DNA of 64,000 nucleotides. Source: Ptychomitrium polyphyllum. Taxonomy: Eukaryota. Where the stretch lies: the NCBI GenBank assembly GCA_973851085.1, contig OZ316775.1:1426001-1490000 (forward strand), written 5' to 3'. Below the pieces are notes generated by a model, which did no database searches, had not been told where the DNA came from, and saw only the letters and a program-made list of their open reading frames with translations. The position numbers were made by a program, and so were the translations under genes. Below are positions 50,401 through 62,906 of this stretch, piece by piece; positions within the stretch are counted from its first letter, which is position 1; each line of letters opens with the position of its first letter.

Positions 50401-52304
50401 GTCCAGCAGCGAGGAGTCGCAAGTATGACCTAGAACTCGTTGAGCTGCACAATACGATGCCCACTTCTCACGTTGTTCAATCTCAAGCACAGCCACGTAG
50501 CTGATTCAAAAGCATTGGATCATCGATTCCACTCAAGCTCACTTCGTCCCTCAGATTCTCAACATTCTGCCATTCGATACAGGACGTTTGACTTCAGACA
50601 TGACTTTCCGATGGTAAAGCTCATGTGTTTCCCTTCGTCTTGCAGGATTCCTCCAAACCGTGTCTGTAATCACTAGTCCAGTGTGTTCTTCTTTTCAGTA
50701 CGGTTTAGCAACCCAACCAGAACCAGTTTGGGACGTTCAGATTACTATCAGCAATGGGCGGAATGGCAGATAAGATACTTGCATGTTATCACTTCAAGAC
50801 ACGCAACAAATCGCCGGGAGATCACTCCGCAAGCTTCCTCGTAAGCAATGTGGAATGAAATCTCACTTCAAGATCACCAATTTGAAGGTGTTCAAAAGAC
50901 AAGGTCATGGGATTTGATACCAGATTTCAAGCTGAATCTACCACGTAAGAAAAGTCTTCAAGTCAGGGACTGCCTCAGTGAGAGGGATAAGCTTAGCATC
51001 GACAGCCCTCTGGTCCTCCTCTGGAATACTCTTCTCCTCGTTCTGTCAGTTCGAAATAGGATGCTGAATTGATTAACATCAGACACGATATTCAGCCCCG
51101 TTCAACTTTGAAGTCTAGTCAATGAACACTAAAAAAATTCAACGATCACAAGTATATCGTGGAATGGGCATTTTATGACAATAATGACCATACATAAACG
51201 AACCATAAGCAGTTATCCTCCGAGATGAAACCTAGATAAGGACAATTCCAGGGTGATGCTTGTCCTGTTGACGTAAATTAGGGTTGATTTGCACTTCGTC
51301 CAACATCTTTGAGATGGAATCCATATACGCAACATTGTCCCGACCTGAATTGACAAACTATCCTGAGAGCTAACTACACCCTGTACATTGAATCCAAATC
51401 CCCGCATAAGCTCAAGGAACGACGAATCATGCCAACGCTGTACAAAGCTGAACCTTAGGATTCTACAATCCACTTATCATACTAGAAAATCTCTTGGAGA
51501 AAAAATGTGTAGAACAAATCCAAAATGACTTTTTAACAAATAAGACAGCGGACGTGTTAAACAGATGGATGAATTTACATACCTTGATACATACATAGCG
51601 TGGAGGCCGCGCTTGTGGCACACTGAGTCAGTAAGTGAAACAGCACGTTTTGGGAAGCCACAAGTGGAAGAATATTAAGCCTTTTGCCAAGCCGTAAATT
51701 GAGTAAGAAGCGCAATTGGCTTGGCCACCTTCCTTCCAAATTTCAGCTTGAGAACTATAGCAACAAGAGAGAAATTGCATTTTGAATGAACTTAGGTCTA
51801 CTGGCTTGAATTTGGAATTGTTGTCATCTATAGAATGAGTTCATAGCGCTGTGCAGTATTCTCCTTCTTATTTTTTGATAGCACAATAATTTCTTAGGAC
51901 ATTGAGACTTGCATTTGTGAAGGTTTCGTTACCTATGAGAGTGTTCGTATTGGTAGATGAGAAGGAGTTGAATGCTATAGTCTTGTTACAGCATGGGCAT
52001 AGCATATAAGAAGTGTCAAAATTGTTGAGATTGTTTCAATCTATATATCATAAGAATTATAAATAACATGTTTTTGAAATATGTTTCTTAAGCAGAGTCT
52101 TCAAAAAGAAGGTGCCCAAAAAGCCTCAATACTTTTCAAAAACAATTGTACATAAGAATCATTAAAATCAATAGACTAAATAATATTATAAAATGAAGGA
52201 ATATTTTGTGTTAAAGATACAAAAAACAAGGAACTAAACTAAAAGTGGTTTTAAAAATTAAACTACTCAATAACAAGAAGCAGTACAAACTAGAAAAAAA
52301 GCAA

Positions 52305-52640
52305 CATCATGGCAATGTTCTATAATTTATATTGACAAGATTAAAGTATATTTTATCTTGCCTCTATTAAATACCATGGAACCTATGTTTTTTAAAGATA
52401 CTTTTAAAAAAGCTATATATGTTTTGAAGGTCTATGGAACGTTCTTAAGAAGATTTTTGAAAAGATAGAAGCATTTGAAAGCTATTAGAAAGTTTTCAAA
52501 GGTTATTAGAAGATATTAGAAGGTTTTTTGAGGTTTTTCAAGGTTTTTCAAGGTTTTTCAAGATTATGTTGTAATGAATATCTGTGATACTTTGAATGAG
52601 TAGTTAAATATGGTAGTGAGGCATGCATTTTATAAATTAA
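52305..52640 (+). mobile_element. Degenerate LTR fragment of a further Gypsy-type family (low confidence)
   Basis: A purine run at 52292-52300 is followed by catcatggcaatg (decayed TGTCATG-like start), internal 10-bp repeats aggtttttca x3 and agaag(a/c)tatt units typical of moss LTRs. Confidence 0.4.
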
Positions 52641-53023
52641 ACCTTAAACAACAACTTTTTTTTTTTTTCCAATGAAAATAAAAGAAAACTTGTTTTACAG
52701 CAGTTTTTAAGATGAATCAATGAAGATAATTGAAGGAAATAATTGAAACTTTTTTTATAGCATATTCTAATATACTAATGTCTTTAAATATATAGAAAAG
52801 TCAATAAAGCATTGGTTGCCAATTTAAAATTTTAATATATTTATTTGACCTACTCAATTATGTGACTTGAATTTAATTGAGCATGTAGGAATACTTCTAG
52901 AATAGAAATTAAATGACAAATGAGTATTCTACACCAATTAAAGAAATGCTTTAATGATAAAAGCATATATAAGCTATTTTTTAATCCATCACTCTTAAAT
53001 AGCGTAAGAACTTATATGATAGT

Positions 53024-53325
53024 TATTACAGCCAAAGTAACCACAAGACAAGGCTTTAGGATTCCAAGATGTGGAACAAGATAAGTCCAAGTATATTAAA
53101 GGTATAGAGCTACATCAAGGTAAAAGACAAGGCCAAAAGGCCTGAACTAGACTACAAGAGATGCATTGTCGAGACTGAAGAGCTCTTCAGCCTCAATTCT
53201 TATATATACTAGAAATACAAGCCTTGGAAGCTTCTTGGAAAGCTTCACTTACATTGCTTTTTACTCAAGCAATCTTGAGTTGCTTCCTTGGAAGTTTTCT
53301 AGGCCAAGGTAACTTCCTTGGAAGT
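53024..53325 (-). mobile_element. Truncated 3' LTR of the minus-strand Gypsy element
   Basis: Reverse complement aligns by eye to 60001-60304 throughout, including the palindrome ctgaagagctcttcag. It is joined directly to mid-integrase. Confidence 0.85.
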
Positions 53326-56300
53326 AGGCAGAAGAAAGTTTGATATTTACTTTAAGGGTTTCAAAGAACAACTTCCAAAATCTTGATACAAATTGTGGTC
53401 CACGATCCGATATAATATTGTTGCGTAATCCGTAGTAGCGGTAGACATTATCGATGAAGAGTGTGGCAGTCTCTTCACCCGTAATTGTCTTCTTGTACGG
53501 TACAAAATGTGCCATTTTGGTCAAACGATCTACCACAACAAAGATGGTATCAATAGAATTTGACGGTGGAAGATCTGTAATGAAATCCATTGAAACAGAC
53601 GACCATAGTTGTTTTGGAATAGGCAGTGGTTGGAGAAGTTCATATGGACGATGTTAAGGATTTTTCAACCTAGATCAAGTATCACACGAGAGTACAAACT
53701 CCTTAACAGCCTTCCACATTTGAGGCCACCAAAAGTCTAAAGAGAGGAATTCCAAGGTTTTGTTGAATCCAAAATGTTCAGCCGCAGGAAAGTCATGACG
53801 TGTTTGAAGTACTCAAAGGCGAACTGGTCCTTTAGGAATATATAGACGTTCTTCAAAGTAGAGAAGATTGCCTTCTAATTTGAATTTAGACACGTCTTCA
53901 GGGAGATTGTTGGAACAACATTTGGTATCAAGAATAAGAAGGTCTTTGGTAGATGCGACACGCACCTGATTAAGGAACGATGAATCCATTGGAGTTGAAA
54001 TGGTGGTTGCGCGTATACAAAATCATTTGGGTTTCAACAAAATCACTTGTTGTTGATTGTGTGCTGTCTCTCCCTCCTTTAGCGCAAGGTATGATTGCCT
54101 TGACAAAGCATCTGATAATCCTTCTTGTTGTCCGAGTTGATATGTGATGCAAAAATCAAATCGAGATAGAGACATATTCCAACAAGCTTGGCGGCAATTC
54201 AAAATACGAGCTTATATGAAATATTCCAAGTTCTTATAATTTATATATATAATAATTAGATGCGCAACACCTTAAAGCAAGTGATGCCATTCTTAGAAGG
54301 AATCCACAATTACAAGGAGTTCCTTGTCGTGGATCTTGTAGTTGATTTCTGTAGTTGAAAATTTTCTAGAATGAAATGCAATCAAATGGAATCTCCCTTC
54401 TTTCCTCGTTTGTGACAAAACTGCTCCTAGTGTAAAGTCAAAAGCATTTGTTACAAGATAAAATTGCTTTGAAAAGTCCGGATGGACCAAAATAGAAATT
54501 GTAGTAAAAGCTCATTTCAAACTTTGGAATGCATCTTCAGCATTGGATCTCCACTCAAGCTTTTCCTTGCATGTTAGTTGCATAAGTGGTGTAGCTATTC
54601 AAGCATAGTCCTTGATGAAGATCCTATGCTGAGATGGAAAATCCAAAAAACATTAAACATCACGTACCAATTTTGGCCTTGTCTAATCGTTAACTCCAAT
54701 GACCTTATTTGGATCCATCAATAATCCTTTGTTGAAGATGATATAACAAAGGAATTCCATCTGAGGTTCATGGAATACACATTTTTCCAGCTTGACATAC
54801 AAATTGGCATCTCATAGTTTTTGCAAGATTATACAAATATGTCGTTCATGTTCCTCTAGATTCTTTGAAAAGATCAAGATATCATCCAGATAGCATACAA
54901 CAAAATCATCAAGGAACTCCCAAAATATGTCCTTCATCAAGTGCTGAAAAATGGCGGGTGCGTTGATAAGTTCAAAAGGCGTGACATTATATTTAAAATG
55001 TCCATACCTTATTCGAAAGGTCGTCTTCCATTTGATGCGCACTAAATTATAGCCTCCTTGCAAATCTATTTTGGTATAGATCTTTGCTTGGCCAAATTGG
55101 TCAAGAAGCCCAAATATCAGCGGCAATGGGTATCAGTTCGTCACCATCATTTTGTTGAGGCTGTGGTAATCGATACACATTTGTAAGGATCCATCTTTCT
55201 TCTTTATAAAAAGTATCGAAGCATTAATAAGAAACTTTGAATGTTAAATGAAGTTCTTGGCTAAGTTTTCATTAATATGCTCTCTCAGTGATGAAAGCTT
55301 GTTTTGGGATAAATTATAGATAGGTCCAAATGGTGGTTGGACTCTATCTTGGAGGTCTATAGCACAGTCATAAGGACAATGTTCTAGTAGGATGTCTGCA
55401 TTCTTCTTTTCAAATATATTGTTGAACTCTTTATACTTTCCTGGAATTATTGAGACTGAAGCCACAACTTTGGACGTTGAAATTGCATACACAATAAAAG
55501 AAGCACCAGCCTTTGCTGCTCTCATAAATGCTTTAGCTCCAATGAAGAAAGGCTTTATAATTTCAGATCTATAAGATGCTTCAGCTTCTTCCGTAGGCTT
55601 AATAGTTACAGGCTCTGATGATGGAAATTCTATTTTGCAGGATGTCCAATCTATTTGCGGGTTGTACTTTTCAAGCCAAGAAAGCCCTAGAATGATGGGA
55701 CTTGATGAATGCTATTAAATATCATTTGGCTACTATGATTGTTCAATGTTATTGTTAATGGATTAGTCTTATGAATAATATCTTCGGAAGATAACAGTCA
55801 ATCATCTATGACTTTTATATGGACGGGTTTGGATTTTTTAATAAAAAAAAACTTATGAGCTTTCATAAATTCTTTGTCAATAAAGCAAGCAGAAGATCTT
55901 AAATCTATTAGAGTAAGGTTTTTGAGCTTCTGAACACTTAAATAAACAAGTATAGTAAAACAAAAAGAAGGATGGGCTAATAAAACAGGACCTTTGATTT
56001 CTTGCAAAAGAAGCAGATCCAGCCGCACGGTCCCTACTGTGGTTAGACGTCCTTGTTTTCCTACAAAATTTTTGGTATTGTGGTTGTACCTCTCATCCAA
56101 TATGTGCATAGAAGTTCTTCTGGGCAATTATCAACTTTGTGGCTAGATTTTCCACAGTACAAATACAACCTTTGGTCTCTTTGCCGCTTCTTCTCATATT
56201 TAGTAAAGGCTTTGAAGCAAACTACATCAATTTGCATGGCTTCCGCTTCCAAATACTTATTAGAAGTAGACAAGGTTGAAGTTATTGAAAAGTTGGTATA

Positions 56301-56764
56301 TAGCCAAGACTTAATAACATTCTGTTTATCTTATCGACGTTGAAATAGACAATTATCGCACATCAAAGCTTGAATGATAGCCTTACCAAGTATTTGGAGG
56401 TTTGGCATGGATACCAATAAATCTACAATCTCGTCGCGTACACCCCAATGAAATTGACTCATCATCACTTCTTCTCTCTAATTGATGTCGCATGCAAATT
56501 GTCAAAATTTCGATGCATAAATTGACATAGAACGTGGCCGTTGGCACAAGGCACAAATCTTAGTAGAATGAAGCTTGTCATGGTCACCAATTGCTTTTGC
56601 AAATGCGGCTAGGAATACATCAAAGTTGCTAAGTATGGGAGAATTCTTCTCAAAAAGTGGTGCAAACTAGGACAATGCTTGTTCTAAGAGCGATGTTCCT
56701 AACAAACCAACACATAAAGCGTTCGTAAGATACCACTGAGGTTGAAGCAAGGTAACAGGTTGAA

Positions 56765-59080
56765 TGTTGCAACCCTTGTAATGCACCTTAACAAACGTCA
56801 CGCACGTCAACCCTGCATACCTCCACATGCACATGGTTAACCTCCATTTTCACTTTTCAAATCTCAAACTTGGTTTCTACTTCCTTCTACCATTTCTCTT
56901 AGAACATTCAATTGATTGGTAGCCAATGATTAGGCACAAAATTCCATTCATGTCCAAGGCCTCACTTGGTATTACTTCCATTCCATACAGCCTAACCGCA
57001 CTTAATGGTGTCTCCTCACCACCACTTATGATTCCCATGTGATTCTAAAATCACCCGGGGCCATCGTTGTCGCAACCCTTGTAATGCACCTTAGCAAGCG
57101 TCACACGCGTCAACCCTATACACCCCCACATGCACTTGATTAACCTCCATTCTCACTTTCCAAGTCCCTCTACTATTTTTTTTAAGACACCCAATTGATT
57201 GGTAACCCATGATTAGGTGCGGACTTCCATTTATGTCCAAGGCCTCACTTGGTGTAACTCCCATTCCACATGGCTTAACCGCACTTAGTAGTGTATCCTC
57301 ACCACCACTCATAATCCCCATCTCATCCTAAGATCACCCCGGGCCATTATGGTGCCGGCGTGAAGACACCACCCCAACTTAGTGGTAACAAGCGTACCCT
57401 TTTGAACGTGCTAGTTCCCTTCGTGAAACCGGCCATCCACCGGCTCACAATGGTGTGGGAATCCCCGTGGTGAAGTCCCAACACTAGCTCCACCAACCGG
57501 GAGTCACTCTTGGTTCCTACCGGGACACTAGGGGAGTGGGGAGGAGGACCGGCCCTCCCCTATAGTACTCTTTGTGGGATTTGGCAAGCCCCCTGGCCCT
57601 TTGCAGGTGGCTGAACCCCAACACACCTATAGTTTTGGAAGACCACCCGATCTTCCTTAGGACTTAGCCGCTGGAAGCGTCCGGAACTCCCTGTGGACCT
57701 TCAGGGAGCCATATCTTCCTTGTCCGGTGCCCGAATGTATCAAGCAACCACTCTATTGTCATTTACTCTTTGCGTAGATGCCGATAGATTCCTCAAACGT
57801 CCAATTTGAGCTAGTATTGTGGGAGATACGCCTCGTCCAAGGTTCGGGACTCCCCGGGAGTCCCTCTCTGGACTGTCCCACTCTAGTACAGTCACTGTGT
57901 AAGGCTGCCACAGTCCAGAATAGCTCCTTCGCAACCCCAACTTTGGAATGCCATAACTTTTAGCTCCCTTGTCCGATTTGAGTAATCTTTAGCATTCTAA
58001 AATCAACTCTTTGTGATTCCTCCAATGCCTACGATTTATCCCTCGTGGCCCTCGGTTTACATGAGCAAGGATGTTTTTCCGCCTAGGGGTCTTTCTCATG
58101 CTAGGCCCACTGGGTTCCCCTCACTATTGGCGCCACAAGTCCCGGACGTTACTCCGGGGTCCACCTTGTGCCCTTAGTGTTGTGGGCACTCTTGAAGGAG
58201 AGGTGCGCAACAATCATGGTGCCGGCATAAAGATACCACCTCAACTTAGTGGTTTCAATTGTGCCCTTTTAATCTCACTAGTTCTCTTCGTGAAACCCGT
58301 CATCTACGAGCTCACAATGGTGTAGAAGTCCCCGTGGTGAAGCTCCAACACTAGCTCCACCAATTGGAATTCATCCTTGGTTTTTACTAAGACACTAGGA
58401 GAGTGGAGAGGGTGACCAGCCCTCCCTTATAATACTCTCTATGGGATTTGGCAAGCTTCCTGGCTATCAATAGTTGGCTGAACTTCGACACACCCAAAAC
58501 TTTGGAAAACCATTCAATCTCCCTTGGAACTTAGCCGCTGGAAGCCTCCGAGACTTCTTGCGGACCTTCAGGGAACCATATCTTCCACATTTGGTGTCCA
58601 AATCTATCAAACAACCACTCTATCGTCATTTACTCTTTGCGTAGATGCCGATAGACTCCTCAAATGTCCAATTTGACTTAGTATTCTAAGAGATATGTCT
58701 CTCCCAAGGTTCGGAAATCCCAGGGAGTCCCTCCCTACATTGTCCCAATCCAATACAGTTAGTATTTAAGGTTGCCACAATTTAGAACTACTTCTTGGCA
58801 GCCCCAATTTTGGAATGCCATATCTTTTAGCTGCCTTGTCCGATTTAAGCAATTTTTAGCATTCTAAAATCAACTTGTCGTGAGTACTTTAATGCCTATA
58901 ATTTATCCCTTGTGGCCATCGAACTACATGGGCAAGGATGTTTCTTTCCCTCGGGATCTTTCCCACGCTAGGCCTACTCGGGCCACTTCACTATCGACGC
59001 CACAAATTCCAGACGTCACTTGGGGATCCCCCTTGTGCCCCTTAGTGTTGCGGCCACTCCTCAAAGAGAGATGCGCGACA
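56765..59080. mobile_element. Solo LTR (outer copy; halves 56765-57067 and 58213-59080) inserted into gag
   Basis: Termini TGTTGC...GCGACA; perfect 5-bp TSD ttgaa at 56760-56764 and 59081-59085. Confidence 0.9.
57068..58212. mobile_element. Solo LTR (inner copy, 1145 bp) of the same family inserted into the outer solo LTR
   Basis: Termini TGTCGC...GCAACA; TSD atcgt (57063-57067) / atcat (58213-58217). Colinear with the two halves of the outer copy. Confidence 0.9.
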
Positions 59081-59823
59081 TTGAACTTGGTTTACGAAGC
59101 CTCAAATTTTTAAACGCGTACCATCAAACTTTTTTAAAAGGCTGATTCTTGGTTCTTTGGTTGTTTGCATTGAATTTGTAACTTGAACTTGTCCGTCATC
59201 TACCAAATCAAGTCTAGTCAATGAAGCACCTAAGTTCATTTGGAATAGCAACTGCGGTGTTTATGCTCCTTGACAATTGTGTATGGTCAAATATAGTTCT
59301 TTGTTTTTCTTGGATAAAGTCTTAGTCTTGATCTTCAATACTTCAAAAGCATTGATAATAGAATTTAATTTTTGTTTCTTTTGAAAAAACAAATTTTGTT
59401 GCCAATTTTGCAATTGCACTGCAAAAACTTTAAAAATTTGATTTTCCTAAAGCAAAGACAAAGCCAATAAGTACAAGCAAAAACAAAGAACTTATGCGCA
59501 TCTTTAATAATAAGGACATGTCAAAGACCTATATTAACCTTTATACTAAAATCAACAACTTGATATATCAAGTTTTTATACTTGATATTATGCAAATGAA
59601 GAGAAAAACATACAAACTTTTACTTGTATAAATTAATAGTTGTAGTCTAGTTTATTGTTACAAAGGTTCTTTACCTGCTTGCAAATCATACAAAGATATA
59701 TAGTAACTTTAAAAAAACTATGTATATTAATTTAATTTTGTAATCTACAACTATTTGCAACTCATAAATCTGTCTACTTTCTTTTCAAAGCCAAAAAAAC
59801 TTGTATACAATTAGACATACTAT

Positions 59824-60304
59824 TGTCACGAATAGACATATTAGAAGCATCTAGAAAGGTTTTTAAAAAATTTAAGAAACTTCAAAAGAAGTTACTTTGG
59901 GCTGAAGAAGCTTCCTAGGAAGTTGCCTTGGCTTAAGAAGCTTCCAAAGAAATTACCTTCAGGTTAGGAAGCTTCCAAAGACATTGCCTCAAATGAGGAA
60001 GCTTCCAAGGAAGTTACCTTGGCCTCAAAAACTTCCAAGGAAGCAATTCAAGGTTGTTTGAGTACAAAACAATGTAGGTGAAGTTTTCTAAGAAGCTTCG
60101 AAGGCTTGTATTTCTAGTATATATTGGAGTTGAGGCTGAAGAGCTCTTCAGTCTCAACAACCCATCTCTTGTGGTCTAGTTCAGACCTTCTGGCATTTTC
60201 TTTTGTACCTTGATGTAGCTTTATATCTTTAATATATTTGGACTTATCTCACTCTACATCTTAGAATCTTGAAGCTTTGTTTTATGATTACTCTTTCCAT
60301 AACA
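59824..60304 (+). mobile_element. Full-length LTR (481 bp, TGT...ACA) of the family seen at 53024-53325, in opposite orientation
   Basis: Starts tgtcacg and ends cataaca; contains six ~30-bp internal repeats. No matching TSD (actat vs gtttg). Confidence 0.8.
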
Positions 60305-62461
60305 GTTTGTCAAGACTGTTATACAACAATATCAGAGCTTGGTCTTTCTTGATAGAGAGCGGATTACCCCTCTTTCTCAAAAGCACTATAGCATTTTAGA
60401 TGTTGCGGATTACCTTCCTCTGGACTGATATTTCCTCTTGAATTTTCTTTGGTTTCTTGCGTAGTTAGCAGTTTTTATCTATTCCTATTTCATTTCTATG
60501 CCAAGGAGTGAAGAAGTCAATATAACTGATTTTTATCATTCCAATTTTTTTGCTACACTTCCAAGATGGATGATGTCACTACCTTATATTGAACAAATCG
60601 TGGTAATAATTTCTATTCCATAAGAAAAAAAAAAAAAAAACTTTTATGAATTCGGTTATATTTTTTATTTTTTATTTATAAGAATTTAAAATTATTAAAG
60701 TGCATAAAAGCAACTTATGTGATGAATGGCCTTTTAAAAATGAATGTGTGACTATTAACATTAATTTTTTTATTTAACCAAATAAACGACTTTGCTAATT
60801 AGAAAAGTTATAGAGCATTTTTTGTGCATTAATTGCATTGTTGAAAATAAACATTAGCATTTCTCTTATGATAATATAGTACTCATAACATATTCTACAC
60901 AAAAGATAAAGTATACCTTTAAATTCAATCATTTGTCAATAACTACCAAAAATTGCATAATGTCTTAATTGCCATGTTTTACTAAAACAAACATCACAAT
61001 ACTAAGTTATTGTTATTAAATAAATATAAAACAAACGTTGAAAAAATATGCATTTGTAATTTAATGAATATACCAAAAATTATTAAATAAACTTTTATAA
61101 TCATAATTCTAACTTATACATGGATTTAATTAAATAGTTTTTATATAAAATATAATAATTTATAAAATTATTTCAAGCCAATTATGCACATAGTGCACAA
61201 ATCAATTTTGTTTTTCCTACTAACTTTCGTTGACATCTATAATTTCTACCATAACTATTATCTAACAAATTATGATTTTTTTATTACATATTCTAATTTA
61301 TTTTAGAAGTATATCATAAAATGCCTATATGTCTTTGTTACTCAAATTTAATTTATATGCATTTAAATAAAATGTATAACTTTGTCTTGGAGTTTGATTT
61401 TTTTAAATAAACATGGTGCATTAGTTACTTTTTTCATATTATTCAATGACTTTTAGAACCTCATTTGGTTTTTATATGTTATCAAATGTTGTTGATATGT
61501 ATATTTTCAATTGTAATATTAACTTTGATTTCACCAAAATCTCCACAAAATGGTTCTTATTTGTAACAATTTCAAAATATGCATTGATATTAAATGGCAA
61601 TGTTTTGCACCATGTATACTTATCCAATGTTGTTGCAAATAAACCAAATATAAGATTATTATTTTGACTATATATTTTAAATATGTTGCATTTTAAATAT
61701 GTTGCATTAAATGGACAAGGTAGTATCATATCCTAGACTACAATGATAAGACCTTTTATAAATAATAAACAAAGCTTAAGTGAATAGGAACAAATAACGT
61801 GCATTATTATAACTTCATATTAAATAGTTTTTAAAACACTTTATTATATGAATCCACACCCTATGCAATTTAAAAATGAAGTTTCATGAATTTACTTTTA
61901 TAATGAAATGAAATCAAAGTTTGATGACTTTCATTCTTAATATACATTACATATAATTTAAGTACAATTATTTTTTTATACTAGGGGCTTATATAATGTA
62001 TAAGGAGGTGTTTTAAACATGAAGTTATTAAAAACTATCCAAAAGATATGTTAATTGTTCTTTGATTACTAAAATTAAAAGCTATAATTTATTTAAAAAA
62101 AATACCTTACAAGATAAAAGAGTAGTAACTTGTGAAAGGCATGCATATAAGTTCCTTTTTAATTATTCAAATTATTTTGTATAAATGTTCTACAAAATGT
62201 CCAATAATACAATATCTTTCATCTTTCATAAAAATTGCAACATCCTAAAAGAACAATTGTGCATCAACTGGCACAAAGAAATGAAAATCTAAATACACTT
62301 CGTTACGATAATAACCTGCCTCGTCACTACATGAAGTTTGTGTGTGACCAAGCACCCCGGCCGCAAAAAAAGTTGCACCAACGACACCCCCACGCTGGTG
62401 CTGGAGAAGAAAATGGCACATGCATGCGCGAGCAGACTCGCAGTGGAATGCCTGAGAGCAC

Positions 62462-62564
62462 TGGGCCTCAAGTTCAAACCCTAGTGCCCCCTGTACTCCA
62501 CGACCACATGACGAACCCATTCGAGTGGACGCCGTGTCTCCCCGGTGCCCACTCTCCGGATAAG
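62462..62564 (+). promoter_or_regulatory. Candidate PGRL1 promoter motifs: site II (TGGGCC), telo-box (AAACCCTA), I-box (GGATAAG)
   Basis: TGGGCC 62462-62467, AAACCCTA 62476-62483, GGATAAG 62558-62564, in a GC-rich island 340-450 bp upstream of the ATG. Confidence 0.45.
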
Positions 62565-62906
62565 CCCGCTGCCCTTCTCTACCACTGCTGTCTCCATCAC
62601 ACTCCCACCCCATGGGACCCACCCCAAAACCGTCACCACACTTCGAAACCAACAGATTCTACCACTTTTGTACATATGAAATATGGAACTCTACATGTTT
62701 GATTATAATTATCGGTTTTGTGTACGGTGACGGTTTTGGATGTTCGTCTCCGAAACAACCACCTTCTCGCTGCAAGCGTCTAGAGTTCTCTGCGATTGTT
62801 ATTGCCGTTGTCTTCGATTCCTCTAAAATTTCAATTTTTCTTGTTAGATTATAGTTGCTGCTTTAGAGGATATTCTGCCAATTGTTGCAGTAGAATTTGA
62901 TCGGCC

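Larger units (their letters stand above)
53326..59290 (-). mobile_element. Decayed Ty3/Gypsy LTR retrotransposon internal region (gag-PR-RT-RNaseH-INT), interrupted in gag
   Basis: gag KFDGTR..GFVNQVQ (59081-59140) continues at 56764; decayed knuckle [52 protein letters not shown]; RNaseH FHSRKF..EINYKIHDKELL; integrase MDFITDLPPS..VVDRLTKMAHFVP..IISDRGPQF. Gypsy domain order; many stops and frameshifts. Confidence 0.95.

Noticed and set aside
50400..51480. GC-normal island with protein-like fragments (e.g. NEEKSIPEEDQRAVDAKLIPLTEAVPDLK on minus)
   Set aside because: Frequent stops and no family recognised; needs a translated search.
59879..60045. 30-bp periodic array considered as CRISPR-like
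   Set aside because: Head-to-tail degenerate units with no unique spacers, inside an LTR in eukaryotic DNA.
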